A DNA stretch of 64,000 nucleotides from Pseudovirgaria hyperparasitica (GCA_010093815.1 ML996579.1); one strand, 5' to 3'; positions 10,282-23,956 are shown, counted from the first letter of the stretch. Made by a program: numbers and translations. Notes: generated by a model not told the origin, from the letters alone.

Positions 10282-13096
10282 ATGGAAGCATCTTTGCAAA
10301 GCTGGCTCCTTCTCCCGGGACTGTTGATACAAACTCATCTAGCTCTTGCTGTAGGCTCTGGTAGGTCTTCAATCCAGATTTTATTATTCGTCACTGATGC
10401 CGACAGTCGAAGGTCTGGGCCCGTCAAGACAATCTATAAAGTATACGAACGCCTCGGCAGCATCGACTTCTCGAGGCAGTCATGCAACGACGAAAGCTTC
10501 AGTGACGAGTACACCGAGTGTAGGGACCTGGGCGACTGTAATTCCATGGTCCACTTGGGCAAACATCATTCAACCCACAACCAACGGCACTGGTAGGCAG
10601 CATAACGCATTCTGGGACTTCAGAAGTTGATTGAAAACAAAGGCCCGGAGTATGCCTCGAGCTGTAACGCGGCCCACCTATCGTATTCGAAGGCATACTC
10701 GAGCCTTCCATACAAGGAGCAGCCTAAACCGGCGCCAACATGTTATATAGATGATAACGATTGCATCCACCTGAAGAGTGCGCAAGACTTATCCTGGTCG
10801 ATGGATGATGTCTGGACAGTCTCTCTAGCAAACCCCCCGAACGAGATAGTCGTTAATGGCAAGACAACTCCATTGAATACGGCTGGACCTCTTACAACAC
10901 CACCGCCGCTGACCATTCACGGGGATGCTTACACAGCCCTGCCGTACGCTTATGGCATATCTTATACCCTCTCCAATGCGACGAACTACTATTCAGACTT
11001 GATGCTTACACCTGGTGGACAACTGACGGCCACGTGGAATGGCGACTATAGGCTACACGATTACGACTTGACTATGCCATATCGTTCTGGAGGCCCTGCA
11101 TGCACCTGGCTGTTCAGCGAGGGCCCTCGATGGGTCCCTGATCATGGCGAACTCTCCATCGGGCAGCTACCCACTCCGATAAAACAAAATCTGGCGCAAG
11201 CGAGAGAGTGTAAAGCGCAGTACCCGTGTACCATCACTGGCGTCTCGGTCGATCTTCAATTCTTTGCTCCACCCCCTATCACTCGTGATTTGAACGAGAA
11301 CACTTCACCAGGATGGTATCAAGGTAAGTTACCCTAGCGAAAACTTTCAAATAGTCATATTAAGGTGCTCTTGTTTCGTCTAATGCTGGGACTGGTGCTA
11401 ATTTCTATGTCAAGGAAACGTATCGGTATATTCGATGCCACATGAGGCGACTGTCGTCAACAGCACAACGTACTGGTCTGATAGTGCATATCTCAAGTAC
11501 GACTCTATTTACGCCGTACGTACCTGTGATGAAGGTAAGGTCCTTGTTGGTACCGTCGTCACCGACCATGTAGTAGCCCTACCGTCAACTGAGGTCTCAA
11601 GTCTCTGTGGTTGGAAAACGTACAAACCTTGGAATGTATTTCATACCTACACGATTGGAGCAACGCCCTGGCCATTTAACTTCTACGACCTCCAAGGTTC
11701 TGTCCCACAATCGGCATGGGATTGTCAACCACCACCAATCTTTATGAACAAACCGTACGCACCAAAGCTAGCCGTTCCAACCGAAATCCGATCGTTGAAT
11801 CCTGAATGGGAGTCATGCGTGATGTGGTTTCAAGGCTCTTTCGACCCTCCTACTGCCTTGGGGACAGCAAGCATCGTGGCCATATTAACATCAGAGGCAC
11901 AAGCATTTCCATCGTTGCCTGCGACACCTGGGGTGACTCCTCCACCAATGCTGCAAACGACTATGCGATCTCAACCTGCATATACACCTGCAAGGAACCC
12001 GTTCGTACCACTACCAGACCCTACCCCGATTACCGCAATTGGGTCTGCTTTAGTTCTACCTGATCCCATGAATCCTGATAATATCGTCGTTGCAATACCA
12101 GCACCATCAAAATTTCCCAATGCACCACATCTCCCACCAGGCGAAGTTTTCAGTCCTGGAGGTCCATCAAAAGTCATCGATGGTACGACAGTATCGGTTG
12201 CCCCCAATGGAAACATTATTATTGGCGGACCCGGAAATGATTCGCCTAAGACGGTCCAAATACCTGGCCCGACTGAACCAGCTGCAGATCCACGGTTGAC
12301 AGCAATCCAAGGCAAGGTACCCGTAGTCGTAGTAGGGGACAAAATAGTCTACAAGGAGCCATCTAGTCCTTCCGAGGTCGTCATTGTTGGAAGTGATGGC
12401 TCTGCAACAACATTGACCCTGGGGTCTCAGCCTGTTACCATATCAGGTACCAAGGTCATGTTATCTCCTGCTCTGACACAGGGTATGGACCTAGTCATTC
12501 AAGCCCCTGACGCTCCGCCAGCCATATTCACGTTGGCGACCAAGTTAGTACCCGACGCAGGAGAAATGAGTGTGGTAGAAGTTGCAAGCCTTGGCTCGAC
12601 AAGAGTAACATATGATATATCGCTGCAAATACCTACTTCAATCATATTTACGATCACCACGTCTACTGGAAAACAACAGACCGTGGATATATCATTACCA
12701 CTAAGTGCTTCAAGCACGGTCATAGAACTGAAAAATGTTGGCATAACAATCATGTCGACTCCAGCTGGAGTTGTTGTAATCAACACCGAGACAGGAACGT
12801 CAACAACAGTGTCTAGCGCAGTGTTACAGATGCTTTGGCTTTCAAGTTTTGGAAGTAACCATGAGGTTCCCGACTCTAGCAATCTTTATCAGCAAGTAGC
12901 GACCGACACGAACACGGCAGGCCCTACGACGAGATCCGCAAGCGGTGGAGATGGTGAGACAGCTTCCAGGACACAAGATGATGAGGCAGCAGTCACTTCG
13001 TCCAGTCGCTCCCATGGCAAGGCCACTACCAATATATGCTTCGGAGGCTGGTATCCTATCATCGTAACCTCCATCTGGTACCTTCTCACAGCTTGA
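10282..13096 (+). CDS. Secreted, probably GPI-anchored, Cys-containing and Ser/Thr/Pro-rich cell-surface protein
   Basis: Signal peptide MEASLQSWLLLPGLLIQTHLALA; introns 10361-10406, 10593-10642 and 11324-11414 join four ORFs in frame; hydrophobic C-terminus ..GGWYPIIVTSIWYLLTA*. Confidence 0.8.
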
Positions 13097-13125
13097 ACGC
13101 CAAGTCTCCTTTACAACGACAGACG

Positions 13126-13848
13126 TTACTCTATCATGGACATGTCATACGTACCACCAATCTCCAGTGCCCTCTTATACGCATCCCTTTCCTTCACCGC
13201 AGCATGCCAACTCGCCAGTCTCGGATACTTCTTTGGCTTCCAGAGAACCCCCTGCTGCTCACAAAGATCCAAGACGAAAAACGTCTTCAGATCCGCCGCG
13301 CCAAAGTTCCTCCCATTGAACCACGGCCGCTCATCACTCAGGCCATCATTGGTAAATTGGTAGAACTGGTGCAAGTCCTGCGCAAGTATCTTCACAAGCG
13401 GCGCAAACAGTAATTGCAGAAGATGTCTCAGCCCAAACGGCATGACGCGCGGAATCATCAACCACGGAATCAGAATGATGACTTTGCCCATCAAGCTGCG
13501 CAGCATGAACTCGGACCAGAAGTTCGCTCGGCGCTTATCTTCCTCCGGTGGATCGAGCTCGCCGTTTGTGTATTCGTCGAGGATGTATTCAATTAGCAGT
13601 CGGCTTTCGATCATGGTCTCGGGTGTCCCGGAGCCATCGGCTTGTCTGACTACCATGACTGGTGATTTGCCAAGTGGATGGACTTGTTTGAGTTCGGGTG
13701 GTGCGCGGCCCCGAGGGCGCCGGTAGTGGACAATGTCGTATTTGAGGCCGTCGGGCCGCAGTGCAGAAGCTTCTTCCAACGTCACGAGAACGGGAAATGA
13801 GTTTGATGAGACCATGTGATGGAGAGTTGGGATCGTGGTCTGCTCCAT
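13126..13848 (-). CDS. Glutathione S-transferase (GTT1-like)
   Basis: PPELKQVHPLGKSPV, IESRLLIEYI, WFNGRNFGAADL, YPRLASWHAAVKERDAYKRALE. Confidence 0.9.
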   Translation of the reverse strand: MEQTTIPTLHHMVSSNSFPVLVTLEEASALRPDGLKYDIVHYRRPRGRAPPELKQVHPLGKSPVMVVRQADGSGTPETMIESRLLIEYILDEYTNGELDPPEEDKRRANFWSEFMLRSLMGKVIILIPWLMIPRVMPFGLRHLLQLLFAPLVKILAQDLHQFYQFTNDGLSDERPWFNGRNFGAADLKTFFVLDLCEQQGVLWKPKKYPRLASWHAAVKERDAYKRALEIGGTYDMSMIE

Positions 13849-14501
13849 TGTGCCGGTTGTGAGTTCAGTTTGTGAATCTGTGTTTCATGTACGGGTTTGA
13901 TGTATATCCATAGCATTTGGAGAAGGGTGAGGGTATTTCGTGAGAGAAGAGTGACAGGGATTGATGGAGGGCATCGCACGGCTCGCATACTGGCGTATAC
14001 ATATGCATGGGTTTCGGAGAAAGAACTCGAATTGGGTAACAGCGTTCTCTGGCCTAGGTTGCTTACTACCTACTACCTAGTGCATAGTGCTTATTCATAA
14101 GTGATCCTCTGATCTATGTACAACCGATGGATGCCTGGGTAAGTGCGAGACTATGGCCAATCTCGAATTAATAGATGCTTCTCCTAATACAACTCCACAC
14201 AATCACTATGAGTACTATGGCGATATGTACGCGCAGTACGGCGCAGTACGGCGCAAGACTGTAGCTAGTACCAAGCCAAGTTTCGACCGCTTGTGCTACG
14301 TCAATGACAGATTCAATGGCATTCAAGACTAATTTCATTCCTGTGTCCAGGGCGCCTGCTGATAAACATTCTATGCGCTTGCTGATGCGTATGGTAATAT
14401 AGTGGTTACATGTGGCTTGTAAAAGCCGAGGCCGCTGTACTATGCCAATACAACAATATTTACAAAGTAACCTTGATATCATTGTCCTCCCCGAAAAGCG
14501 C

Positions 14502-16286
14502 TCATATGTATTTGTATGGGTTCATAATGCCGTTCTGAAGAATCGTTAGCCGATTATGGATCTACTTCTTAAGTAGTCTTGCCCGCGAAGCTTACCGGAT
14601 CATAAAGATTTTTAATCTGTTGCATCAGCTTGACCATGGTTTCGCTGCGGCTGTAACCAATGTATGGCTTCTTAGTTATACCGAGACCGTGCTCAGCGCT
14701 GATGCTTCCTTTCTTCTTCTGCACCCACTCGTACACGAATGGCTCTATCAGTTTTTCCACCTCCTTGTCGAATCTTCGGCATGGTACGTTCAAATGTAGA
14801 TTTGCGTCTCCCATGTGGCCATATCCCACGACGTCAACAACAGGCTTTGAGTCGTCATCGCCAACAAGTCCAGCCTCTTCAAGACGTGCTCTGGTATCAT
14901 TCACAAGGTCGTACATCGAGCTGATCGGAATGGACAAGTCGTACTTGTAGACTGCACCCCAGTGACCGAGACACTCTGTGATGCCCTCACGCCACGTCCA
15001 TAGATCGGCCACCTGGGTCTGATCTTGGGCGAGGACGCCATCGGCAACTATTTCATTCTCCATCACGTACTCCAAGAAGCTCTGCAGCTTCTCGTTATCG
15101 TGCTCGCTGTTTGATCCACTGGTTTCAACAAGACAGTAAAATGGATAGTCTCCCTCTAGGGGCTTGCTAGTGCTTTTGATATTATGAACGATGTTTTGGG
15201 TCCGTCCGTCCATCATCTCGAAGGCTGAGAGAATTTCCGAGAGCTGGCTCTTCGCCTCTTTGAATGCTTCTTGAGCTTTCTCGAAGCTTTCGAGACCAAA
15301 GTACGCTACATTGACGGCAGGTGAACGTCGCGGACATAGTATAGATATCTTCGTGATGATGCCAATGGTCCCTTCGCTACCAATAAAGAGTTGTTTCAAG
15401 TCGTACCCAGTGTTGTTCTTTCGCAGTGTTGAGAGATCATCGACAATAGTTCCATCTGGAAGCACAGCTTCAATGCCCAGGACATTGCCGTGAAGGCTGC
15501 CGTATCGCAGCAGTCGCAAACCTCCCGCGTTGGTGGCCACGTTACCTCCTATCTGGCACGATCCTTTGGCGCCAAGGTCCAGGGGAAATATATGGTTCCT
15601 TTCTGCGAGATAGTTGTCTGCCACTTCCAGAATCACACCAGCATCAGCAACAAGTATGCCGGAAACATCGTCAAATGATCGGATCTCTTTCATTCGCTGT
15701 AGGTTGATAACAATCTCATCAAAGACCGGTACGGATCCACCGACCAATCCGGTGTTTCCTCCTTGAGGCACCACAGCCAATTTGTTCTCGTTGCAGTATC
15801 CTAGAATCTTGCTGACCTCCTCCGTCGAACCCGGCTTCAGAACCACTTTTGTGTGGCCTCTAAATTTCCGCATCCAATCCGCATTATAGGCCTCGACATC
15901 TTCCGAGGCTTCACCGGTGATATTATCTATCACGGCGGACTCTGCGCCTAGAACGCCTTTAAAGAACTTTACGTGTTCCTCTGTAATCTGCGCATATTTA
16001 TCGTTTCTCTTCAGCTTGGGGTATCTGGTTGGTGATTAGGGTATAGGACACCGGAGTGATTGTGATGATTGTCTTACGAGTCTGATGTATACTTGATAGC
16101 TTTAGGCGGCGCTGCACTCCCGTTAACTTCATTGTCGGCAGTGGGCTGGAGGGGCTCAGTAGTAGCAGAGGTGCTACCTGTCCAGCGAGTTTGTATAGAC
16201 GGCGCGAACTGTTTATTGCAAGGAGTTCTCGGAATGGATGCCCGCGCGGATCGTAAGTATCTCGCGACCCTGAAAGTGCTTGCCAT
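14502..16286 (-). CDS. DLD2: Mitochondrial D-2-hydroxyglutarate/D-lactate dehydrogenase (FAD-linked oxidase)
   Basis: PQGGNTGLVGGSVP, DLGAKGSCQIGGNVATNAGG, GHMGDANLHLN, SAEHGLG and end NGIMNPYKYI*; Arg/Ser-rich presequence; introns 16025-16077 and 14535-14595. Confidence 0.93.
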
Positions 16287-16622
16287 GTTGCGTCGAATTC
16301 CAAAACAAGAGGCTCCAAAACTCCAGGGAAGAAAAAGAAAGTCGTCATACCTAGCGGCTAATGAAGCATTTCGCCCGAGGGGAGTTTAGCTTCGGAATTC
16401 AGGCAACAAAAAGCTGGTTGTAAGGCTGCAAATGCTAAGCGGCTAAGGAGCTCTCGGAGCTAGGTTACTTCACCTCCAGGCATAACAGAGTTGCGTCAAC
16501 TACGTCCACCTCATCAGTTACCGTCCGTTCAATCCCGCCCATCACACGAACATTCAAACCGCGAACCCTTGAATACCATAACGTCTCCTACTTCGACTCC
16601 GTCCTCGCCCTGATTCAGAACC

Positions 16623-17531
16623 ATGGCTTCGGGCTATGATCGCGCTCTTTCCGGTACCGTAGACTTTCATACTAGCAATTGTATACTCGCCCTGACAAAT
16701 CTGCAGTGTTCAGTCCGGACGGACATGTCTTTCAAGTCGAATACGCACTTGAAGCCGTAAAGCGAGGAACATGCGCGGTTGGCGTAAAAGGCAAAGACAT
16801 CGTTGTTCTAGGGTGCGAAAAGAGATCAGCAATGAAGCTTCAAGACACACGCATCACGCCGTCCAAAATCTGCCTCGTCGACAATCACGTCGCCTTGGCG
16901 TTCGCTGGTCTGAATGCCGATGCCCGGATTCTGGTAGATAAGGCTCGTTTGGAAGGCCAGTCGCACAGACTCACCGTGGAAGACCCCGTTTCCATAGAGT
17001 ACATCACGAAGTACGTGGCTGGAGTACAACAGCGATACACACAGAGTGGTGGCGTAAGACCTTTCGGTATCAGTACGCTTATTGTGGGCTTTGACCCCAA
17101 TGATAAGACCCCAAGGCTGTACCAGACCGAGCCATCGGGTATATATTCTGCATGGTTGGTTGGTACTATCTGGACTCATATTGTGTACTAACTGTGTGCA
17201 TAGGAAAGCGAATGCTATTGGCCGATCAAGCAAGACAGTCAGAGAATTTCTCGAGCGCAATCACAAGGCAGACATGGATAGAGAGGAGACAATCAAATTG
17301 ACCGTCAAGTCTCTATTAGAGGTTGTTCAGACTGGCGCAAAGAATATCGAGATTGCTGTCATGGCCCCAGGCAAAAATCTGGAAATGCTTCCCGTTGAGG
17401 ACATCGAAAAGTACGTCGAGAACATCAATACCGAGAAGCAGGAGGAGGCAGCGAGCAAAAGGACAGGTAGAACGCCAGGGACTGGCACTGCGGCCATATT
17501 GACGCGGTCTGCGGGTGAGGGGGCGTCATGA
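16623..17531 (+). CDS. PRE6: 20S proteasome subunit alpha 4
   Basis: [53 protein letters not shown]; introns 16654-16706 and 17155-17203. Confidence 0.96.
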
Positions 17532-17794
17532 GAGGAGAAGCAGTAGCCTTGAAACCAAGCGGCATTGGCGTTTGGAAGAAATAGAGCGCTAAAGATGATG
17601 TATGTTTACAAGAAAGATCGTCAGGAATGGCGCTGCAATGGAGCATATGAGATAGCCGAAGCTCAAAAACAACACATACTTCACGCCTCACTGGCTGACA
17701 GCGCTTTCTCCGCCGCTGATAGCCTCCAAAAAAAAGAACCCTCCCATATGCCATTGCGCCGTGGAAGAACCCCATTCATTACTCTGTGACGTGT

Positions 17795-18311
17795 TCAACC
17801 TAGGCGATTTGCAGCGTCTTTCACGTCAAATATAGTTCGATGTTCTTCTTGTCGAACTCGTTCGTCTTTGATCATTCTAGAAGGCCGTCAGCATTGTGAG
17901 CTCTTCTAGACTAAATGCATTGTACCTAGAATCTTTCCGAATATCTTCGCCTTCGACTTGAAGAGACGGTTTCGGGGTGAGGGCATCGATGACAAAGTGA
18001 TTATCGCAATGAGGACAGTATTCGTCGCTAATCTGTTTAGTAAGTGTGGAAGATATAGTAGGCATGACAACGCACCTGTCTTCGAACTCGCGTGCGTCCT
18101 TGCGGAAAGCTTTCTTGCACTTTTTACACACAAATGTCATCTCGAAGCTTTGGAGTAGACCATGGTCTTGTGTTTCGTGGTGACATTCGGCGCAGTCGAA
18201 CCATTTACGGCAGCAAGGCGAACGAATCGCAACTTGTGCATTCAGAACGTGTTTACTAGACTCCTGTCAGCCATATATTGCATTTATGATCCACGAGACT
18301 ACTGACCACAT
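17795..18311 (-). CDS. Small CHY-type zinc finger protein
   Basis: Spliced product MCKHVLNAQVAIRSPCCRKWFDCAECH...CKKCKK...YCPHCDNH...; introns 18256-18306, 18028-18075, 17877-17925. Confidence 0.88.
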
Positions 18312-19106
18312 GCTGGATAATCGAGTGTCGTTATGGCCAACGCGTTTGAGACATCAGGATCGGTGTGCACTCCAGGCCCCCAGATAATAATTAGTAGCTC
18401 AAAAATTACTGACAACTGCCAAGTTTACTAAGGTAGGGGAGTGGGAGGTGGGAGGTGGGGGGTAAGTAGCTACTGTAGGTAGGGCTTTAGGTATTTAGGG
18501 CGGCTCTAGGTTAATTAATTAGGCAGATGGATCCCTAATTCGGGGGAGCCAGGGAGTCTGCGGAGATGATCGGCAGCTTGTGGCTTGTCAGTCACTTCAC
18601 ATTGCGCGTTGGGTCACAACGTCTTTTTCATAGCATTCTCTACAAACCGCATCCACGAGCCTTGGAATATTCGTCACACGCCAAACTCTCATACTGAATA
18701 TCCTGCTGGGACCTAACCTCTCATTGCCCTCACGAACCGTTCTTCTATCCTTACGCAGCCCGCTCGGTACCGCCCTTATAATCACACGACAATACAATTC
18801 GTCTCAGGCTTCAAACAGCTCCCAATCGCGCGACACCTCCTAAACCTGACCAACAATCGACACTAGAATGCTCACCTGAGTAGAAATAAATAGAAGAAGC
18901 TTTAGAGTGCCTACAGGCGCCTCCTACAAGATCATTGCGCGGCATGAAGTAGTCGAGCTTTGCGTAGTCCTCATATGGCCTGTTCGAAAGGAAAGCTATC
19001 CGCGAAAACACTCAAGTATTTGCGACCTCCACGGAGTCGGTCTATCGCGAGCCGGGACTTCGGGTTACTCGTTCAGTCAAACACTCGACCATAGCGGTGC
19101 TAAAAG

Positions 19107-22100
19107 ATGGCGGAGAATGGGGATGAGAAGACAGATGATTCCTCCATTGTTCGTACCCAGCAACATGTGCATGTTCAATGCTGACGGCATATAGAAACCT
19201 GTGTCATCGCTGCGTTCTCTGTTTGAAAATGCTCCTGGAGCAAAGCGTGCGCCTTCAACAACACCTAGATCCACCTTACGTCACGCCAGTACCTATGTTG
19301 ACAAACTCGAGTCGGCGGACGATGCAAGATCACGAGCGGATGGTAGGATATCTTTAGACATGGCTCGGCCTCCTGGGCCAGCCAATACTGCCTTCAATAG
19401 CTCGTTGTTACGAGCAACCCATCTTTCGCCTACAACGAGAGCACCACAAGATCTACAATTTTCGTCATCCAAGCCGCGACCGCTGTCTATGGGGCCCATG
19501 TCCCCTCCTCGATCGCCGCCAAAAGTAACAGTCGACTCGCCAAATTCTCCAACGAAGAAGCCCAACCGTAATGCTTACTTCACGCCTGCTCGTTATAGAC
19601 CTGAAAACACCAATGCGACCGAGAGACATGGCACACAGAAGCCGCTGCGGACGCATTCTCCTTCAGGAGCGCGGCACTTTCGGATACCGAGCCGGGCCAC
19701 AACCCCTTTTCTAGAGAGCCATCATGCGCCGTCGGTACAGCCTGTTGCCTCAGCTGAACTTTCTAATTCCTCCAAGAATCCGCTCCACGCTGAACGAGAT
19801 ACTCAGCATCCAGCTCTCAAACCTTCTCCTATACCTCCGCCAATAAATAGAGCAGGAAAACCAAAGATCCCTGCCAATAAGCTCATGGCGATTGAGTGTA
19901 CGCAGAAGGACCTTCAAGTGCCACTTAAGAAAGCCGAGGCCGCCGATGAGGGCATATCACCATTCAGTACTCCTCCTAGCAGCGACACGAGTCCACATAA
20001 TTCGCCGCCCTTTGCTGACCAAACCTCGAAGCCTCGTCATAATGGTTCCAAGTACACGGCGTCGAGTAGGAGCGAGTATTTTCCACAGTCTATTCCGCAG
20101 CGCCATGATCAGAAGCCTACGATCTCGCCATCTTCAAATACCGTTGGGAGGGCTGTTCAGCCTACGAAGTCGAAGTATGAAGCAAGTAGTAAATCATTTG
20201 ACGCAGAAGATGGTACAGATGAGAGACCTGACTTGCCACCGCGACGCGAGCTCACGAATGCTGAGACTCGCAATGCTTCAGCCAAACTTCGCCCGCGAGC
20301 GCCTGAACCTCCTCCACCTCGTAGGTCGATGGACACAATGCGCCCACCTCCAATAGAACAAAATCAAAGGCATGCGCCCGCACCGCAGCGAAACTCGGCC
20401 GTACCATACAGTCAAGTATCTGCACTAAACCTAGCGCACAATGCATCGACGGAGGCAATGAAAAGTAATGCTTCTCTACCCTATGATTCTGACGATGTCA
20501 GTGATGCATTGGAAAGGACTGGACAGCCATCTGTCGACTATCCAAACTCTTCAGAGGCTAACAGGCGACCCCCATTGTTCCGTAAAGGTCCCAGTGAAAT
20601 CCCGACCAAATATGAATCAAAACTTTTTGGGGTGTGTGGCGATTATATATGTACTACTGGATACGTGACACGTGTCTGGGATGTCTTGACAGGCCAGATA
20701 CTCGTCAGCTTAAGTCACGGGGAGACTGTAAAAGTCACCGCTATGGCGTTTCGACCTGCAGCTGACGTCGAAGACGAGGGCAAGCGTATCTGGCTGGGTA
20801 CAAATATTGGCGAGATTCACGAGATCGACGTCCCAAATAATGTAATTGCCCAAACTAAGCGCAATGCTCATACCAACAGAGAGATACTCAAGATGTATCG
20901 ATGCGCGGCAGAGATGTGGACTGTCGATGACGATGGGAAACTCCAGGTGTGGCCATCTGATGAGTCCGGGTCACCATCCCTAAACCAGATGCCTCACAGC
21001 TTTCGGGTGCCCAAAGGCCATACCTTTTCTATCGTAGCTGGCTCCTGTCTATGGTACGCGACTGGCAGAGAAATTAGGGTATTCCAGAGAGACAGCGTCC
21101 ATCATACATTTGCACCCCTGTTGCAGACATGCCTCAGTCAAACTAACGTTGGTGAGGTCACTTCTGGAGCGATGATACCTAGCCAGCCTGATCGAATATA
21201 TTTTGGACACAATGATGGTAAAGTCACAATATACGACCGATCGGACTACACTTGCCTAGGAGTGGTCAATGTCAGCGTATACAAGATCAGCTCTCTTGCT
21301 GGAATTGGCGACTACCTATGGGCCGGGTATTATACTGGCATGATCTATGTCTACGACACGAGGTGCACGCCTTGGAAAGTGAAAAAAGACTGGGTGGCGC
21401 ACGACAAAGCAATTCACGGCGTTTCTGTTGATCGCACTAGCATCTGGAAACTTGGTCGACTCCAAGTTGCATCGTTCGGCGCAGATAATATGCTACGATT
21501 GTGGGATGGTATGCTACAGGATGATTGGCTGGGTAAACTTTCCGCCTCCAGCTGATTCCAATCGACTAACATGAACCGCAGACGACAAAATGCAGCAGTG
21601 CGATCAAGACTACTGTAACTTTCGCGAGATATCTGCTGTGGTAATGACCTGGAATGCAGGGGCAAGTAAACCTACAAGCCTGCGGCATGATCCGCGAGGC
21701 ACTGACTTCTTCAAAAACCTTCTTACAACACAGGACACCGTGAGTACGCCAGAGATACTAGTCTTCGGATTCCAGGAACTCGTGGATCTAGAAAACAAGA
21801 AGGTCACAGCAAGCAAGTATCTCTGCTTCATATTGAGGACCTGTTCTAACCAACGCCCTAGAGAGCTTTTTTAAGAGCAAAAAGAAAGACTCGTACGACC
21901 AAGAGCATATTGGCCACCAATACAGAGCTTGGAGAGATCACCTTGTCCGCTGTATCGACGACTATATGCCAACCGATACCCCATATGTTCTTCTCCATTC
22001 GTCAAACCTGGTGGGGCTCTTCACCTGCGTCTTTGTTAAAGCATCGGAGCGAAGTCGTATACGCGAGGTTTGTGGTGCCGAGGTCAAACTTGGCATGGGT

Positions 22101-22952
22101 GGACTTCATGGCAATAAGGTCTGTTTCATGGACCTTCTCCCGAGTTTAGACTTACATGATGGCTAGGGTGCATTGATTGTGCGATTCATACTCGATGATA
22201 CTTCCATGTGTTTGATCAATTGCCACCTAGCAGCGGGACAGACACAAACAGCACATCGAAACAAAGACATCGCTCAGATCCTGGAGGCCTCAGCACTTCC
22301 ATTCCAACGTGACGAAACAGCTCGCTCTGAAGTCTTCGTAGGAGGTGGAGATGGGTCTATGATTCTTGATCATGAGATTTGTATTCTGAACGGGGACCTA
22401 AACTATCGCATTGACGCCATGGGACCAGATGCAGTGAAGAGAGCGGTACAGCAGAACAATCTTGCAAAGTTGTTGGAGCGCGACCAACTACTTCTTTCGC
22501 GAAAAAGAAATCCTGGCTTTCGATTGCTTGCATTCAATGAGTCACCCATCACGTTTGCACCTACATACAAATACGATGTTGGGACGGATACTTACGATAC
22601 GAGCGAGAAGAAACGCTCGCCAGCATGGTGCGATCGACTACTCTATCGGGGCAGAGGCAGGATACGGCAGCTTGATTACAAGCGGCACGAAGTAATGACT
22701 TCAGACCATCGGCCAGTCAGTGGAAGATTCAATATCCGTGTCAAAATGATCGACAAGCAGAAGAGAGGCGGCTTATTGAAACGATGTGAAAAGGAATTCG
22801 AGCAGGTGAAGCAGCGAATTGCGATGGATATCAAGTTAGTACCTCACGTTCAAGCTCGTGCCCAGGTCTATACTGATGAATGTAGGCTTGACTATCTCGT
22901 CAATGTTTTTGGCTTATCTCACAAGGAAGCCAAGAAACTTCTCCTACAGTGA
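19107..22952 (+). CDS. Inositol polyphosphate 5-phosphatase with Pro-rich N-terminus and WD40-like region
   Basis: IPPc motifs TWNAG, FGFQE, NCHLAAG, NGDLNYRI, FAPTYKYD, PAWCDRLLY and SDHRPV; introns 19149-19194, 21533-21581, 21813-21861 (GC-AG), 22119-22166, 22835-22885. Confidence 0.93.
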
Positions 22953-23956
22953 AAACGTCAGACCTTGATACCCTAGGCTTCATTCTTCATAGCGACTACT
23001 AGCGTGGTACATTTGCAGCATTTTTGCGTTTGGCCGTTATGATCAGCAGCCCTGGTAGCATTTTATGGCGTTCCAATACGGGTCAGTACTTGTATAAGTC
23101 TGAAAAAGTCTCTTGCAGACGGCTTGTGTGTGTTTATAATCGAGTATGATGTCTATAACGATGATCATAAGTCGTAGAGGCAAAACTGAATTATACCCAC
23201 GAAGGTCATAGTGCATGTCTGGTCGATTGACTACGTACGTTTAGCCTCTTGAAGAGGATCCGTACGCTGATTTACCTCGCTCTGTAAGAATCAAAGTTAT
23301 AAGAGCGCTGTGATGGCACTGCGCGGCTGGCTCTAAGGTCAATACAATAATACTACCTGCGTCGATCTTCTGGCGGGCGGATCTGGGGAAATGGTATTAA
23401 TGAAACAGACAGTGTGCTGGTAGCTGATCGGCCCCAGACTTTTGTCCAGCAGTAGCATCACCAACGTCCCCTAACTCGAAAAATGATGGCTGTTATTCTG
23501 GACCTTGAAACATTGGTATGTTCACTATATACATTCCGATGGGGGTGATACAGTGGACGTATTGAGCAAATCATAGTAGGCACGCTCGTCTATACGATCG
23601 AAAATATGATGCCGTGACATGTGTTGACGTCACGACGGGTTCATGAGACAGATTGATGTGCTACTCGCTACGCCATGCGCCGCGAAGCACGTCCCATGTT
23701 CGCATGCATCAAACTGATGTCGATGACCAGCACATTTTAATTGGAGGCGGAATGGCCGTACTGTTTCTTCGTCATGGCGTCGTAAGGCTGCACTCCTGAG
23801 AAAGCAGTCAAGCTTGGAAGCGACAAGCCTTGCTGCCATTCCTGCCTGTGCAGCCATAAAATGGCCGCTCGCGTACTCCATCGACGCCCTACCACTCTTT
23901 GCAAACATATACCGCTTTATTTCAATCGGAACGGCACTCCATTAGCCTTTGCAAAC

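Noticed and set aside
18470..18525. Interstitial telomere repeat
   Set aside because: Only one exact TTAGGG among degenerate TAGG words; not a tandem array.
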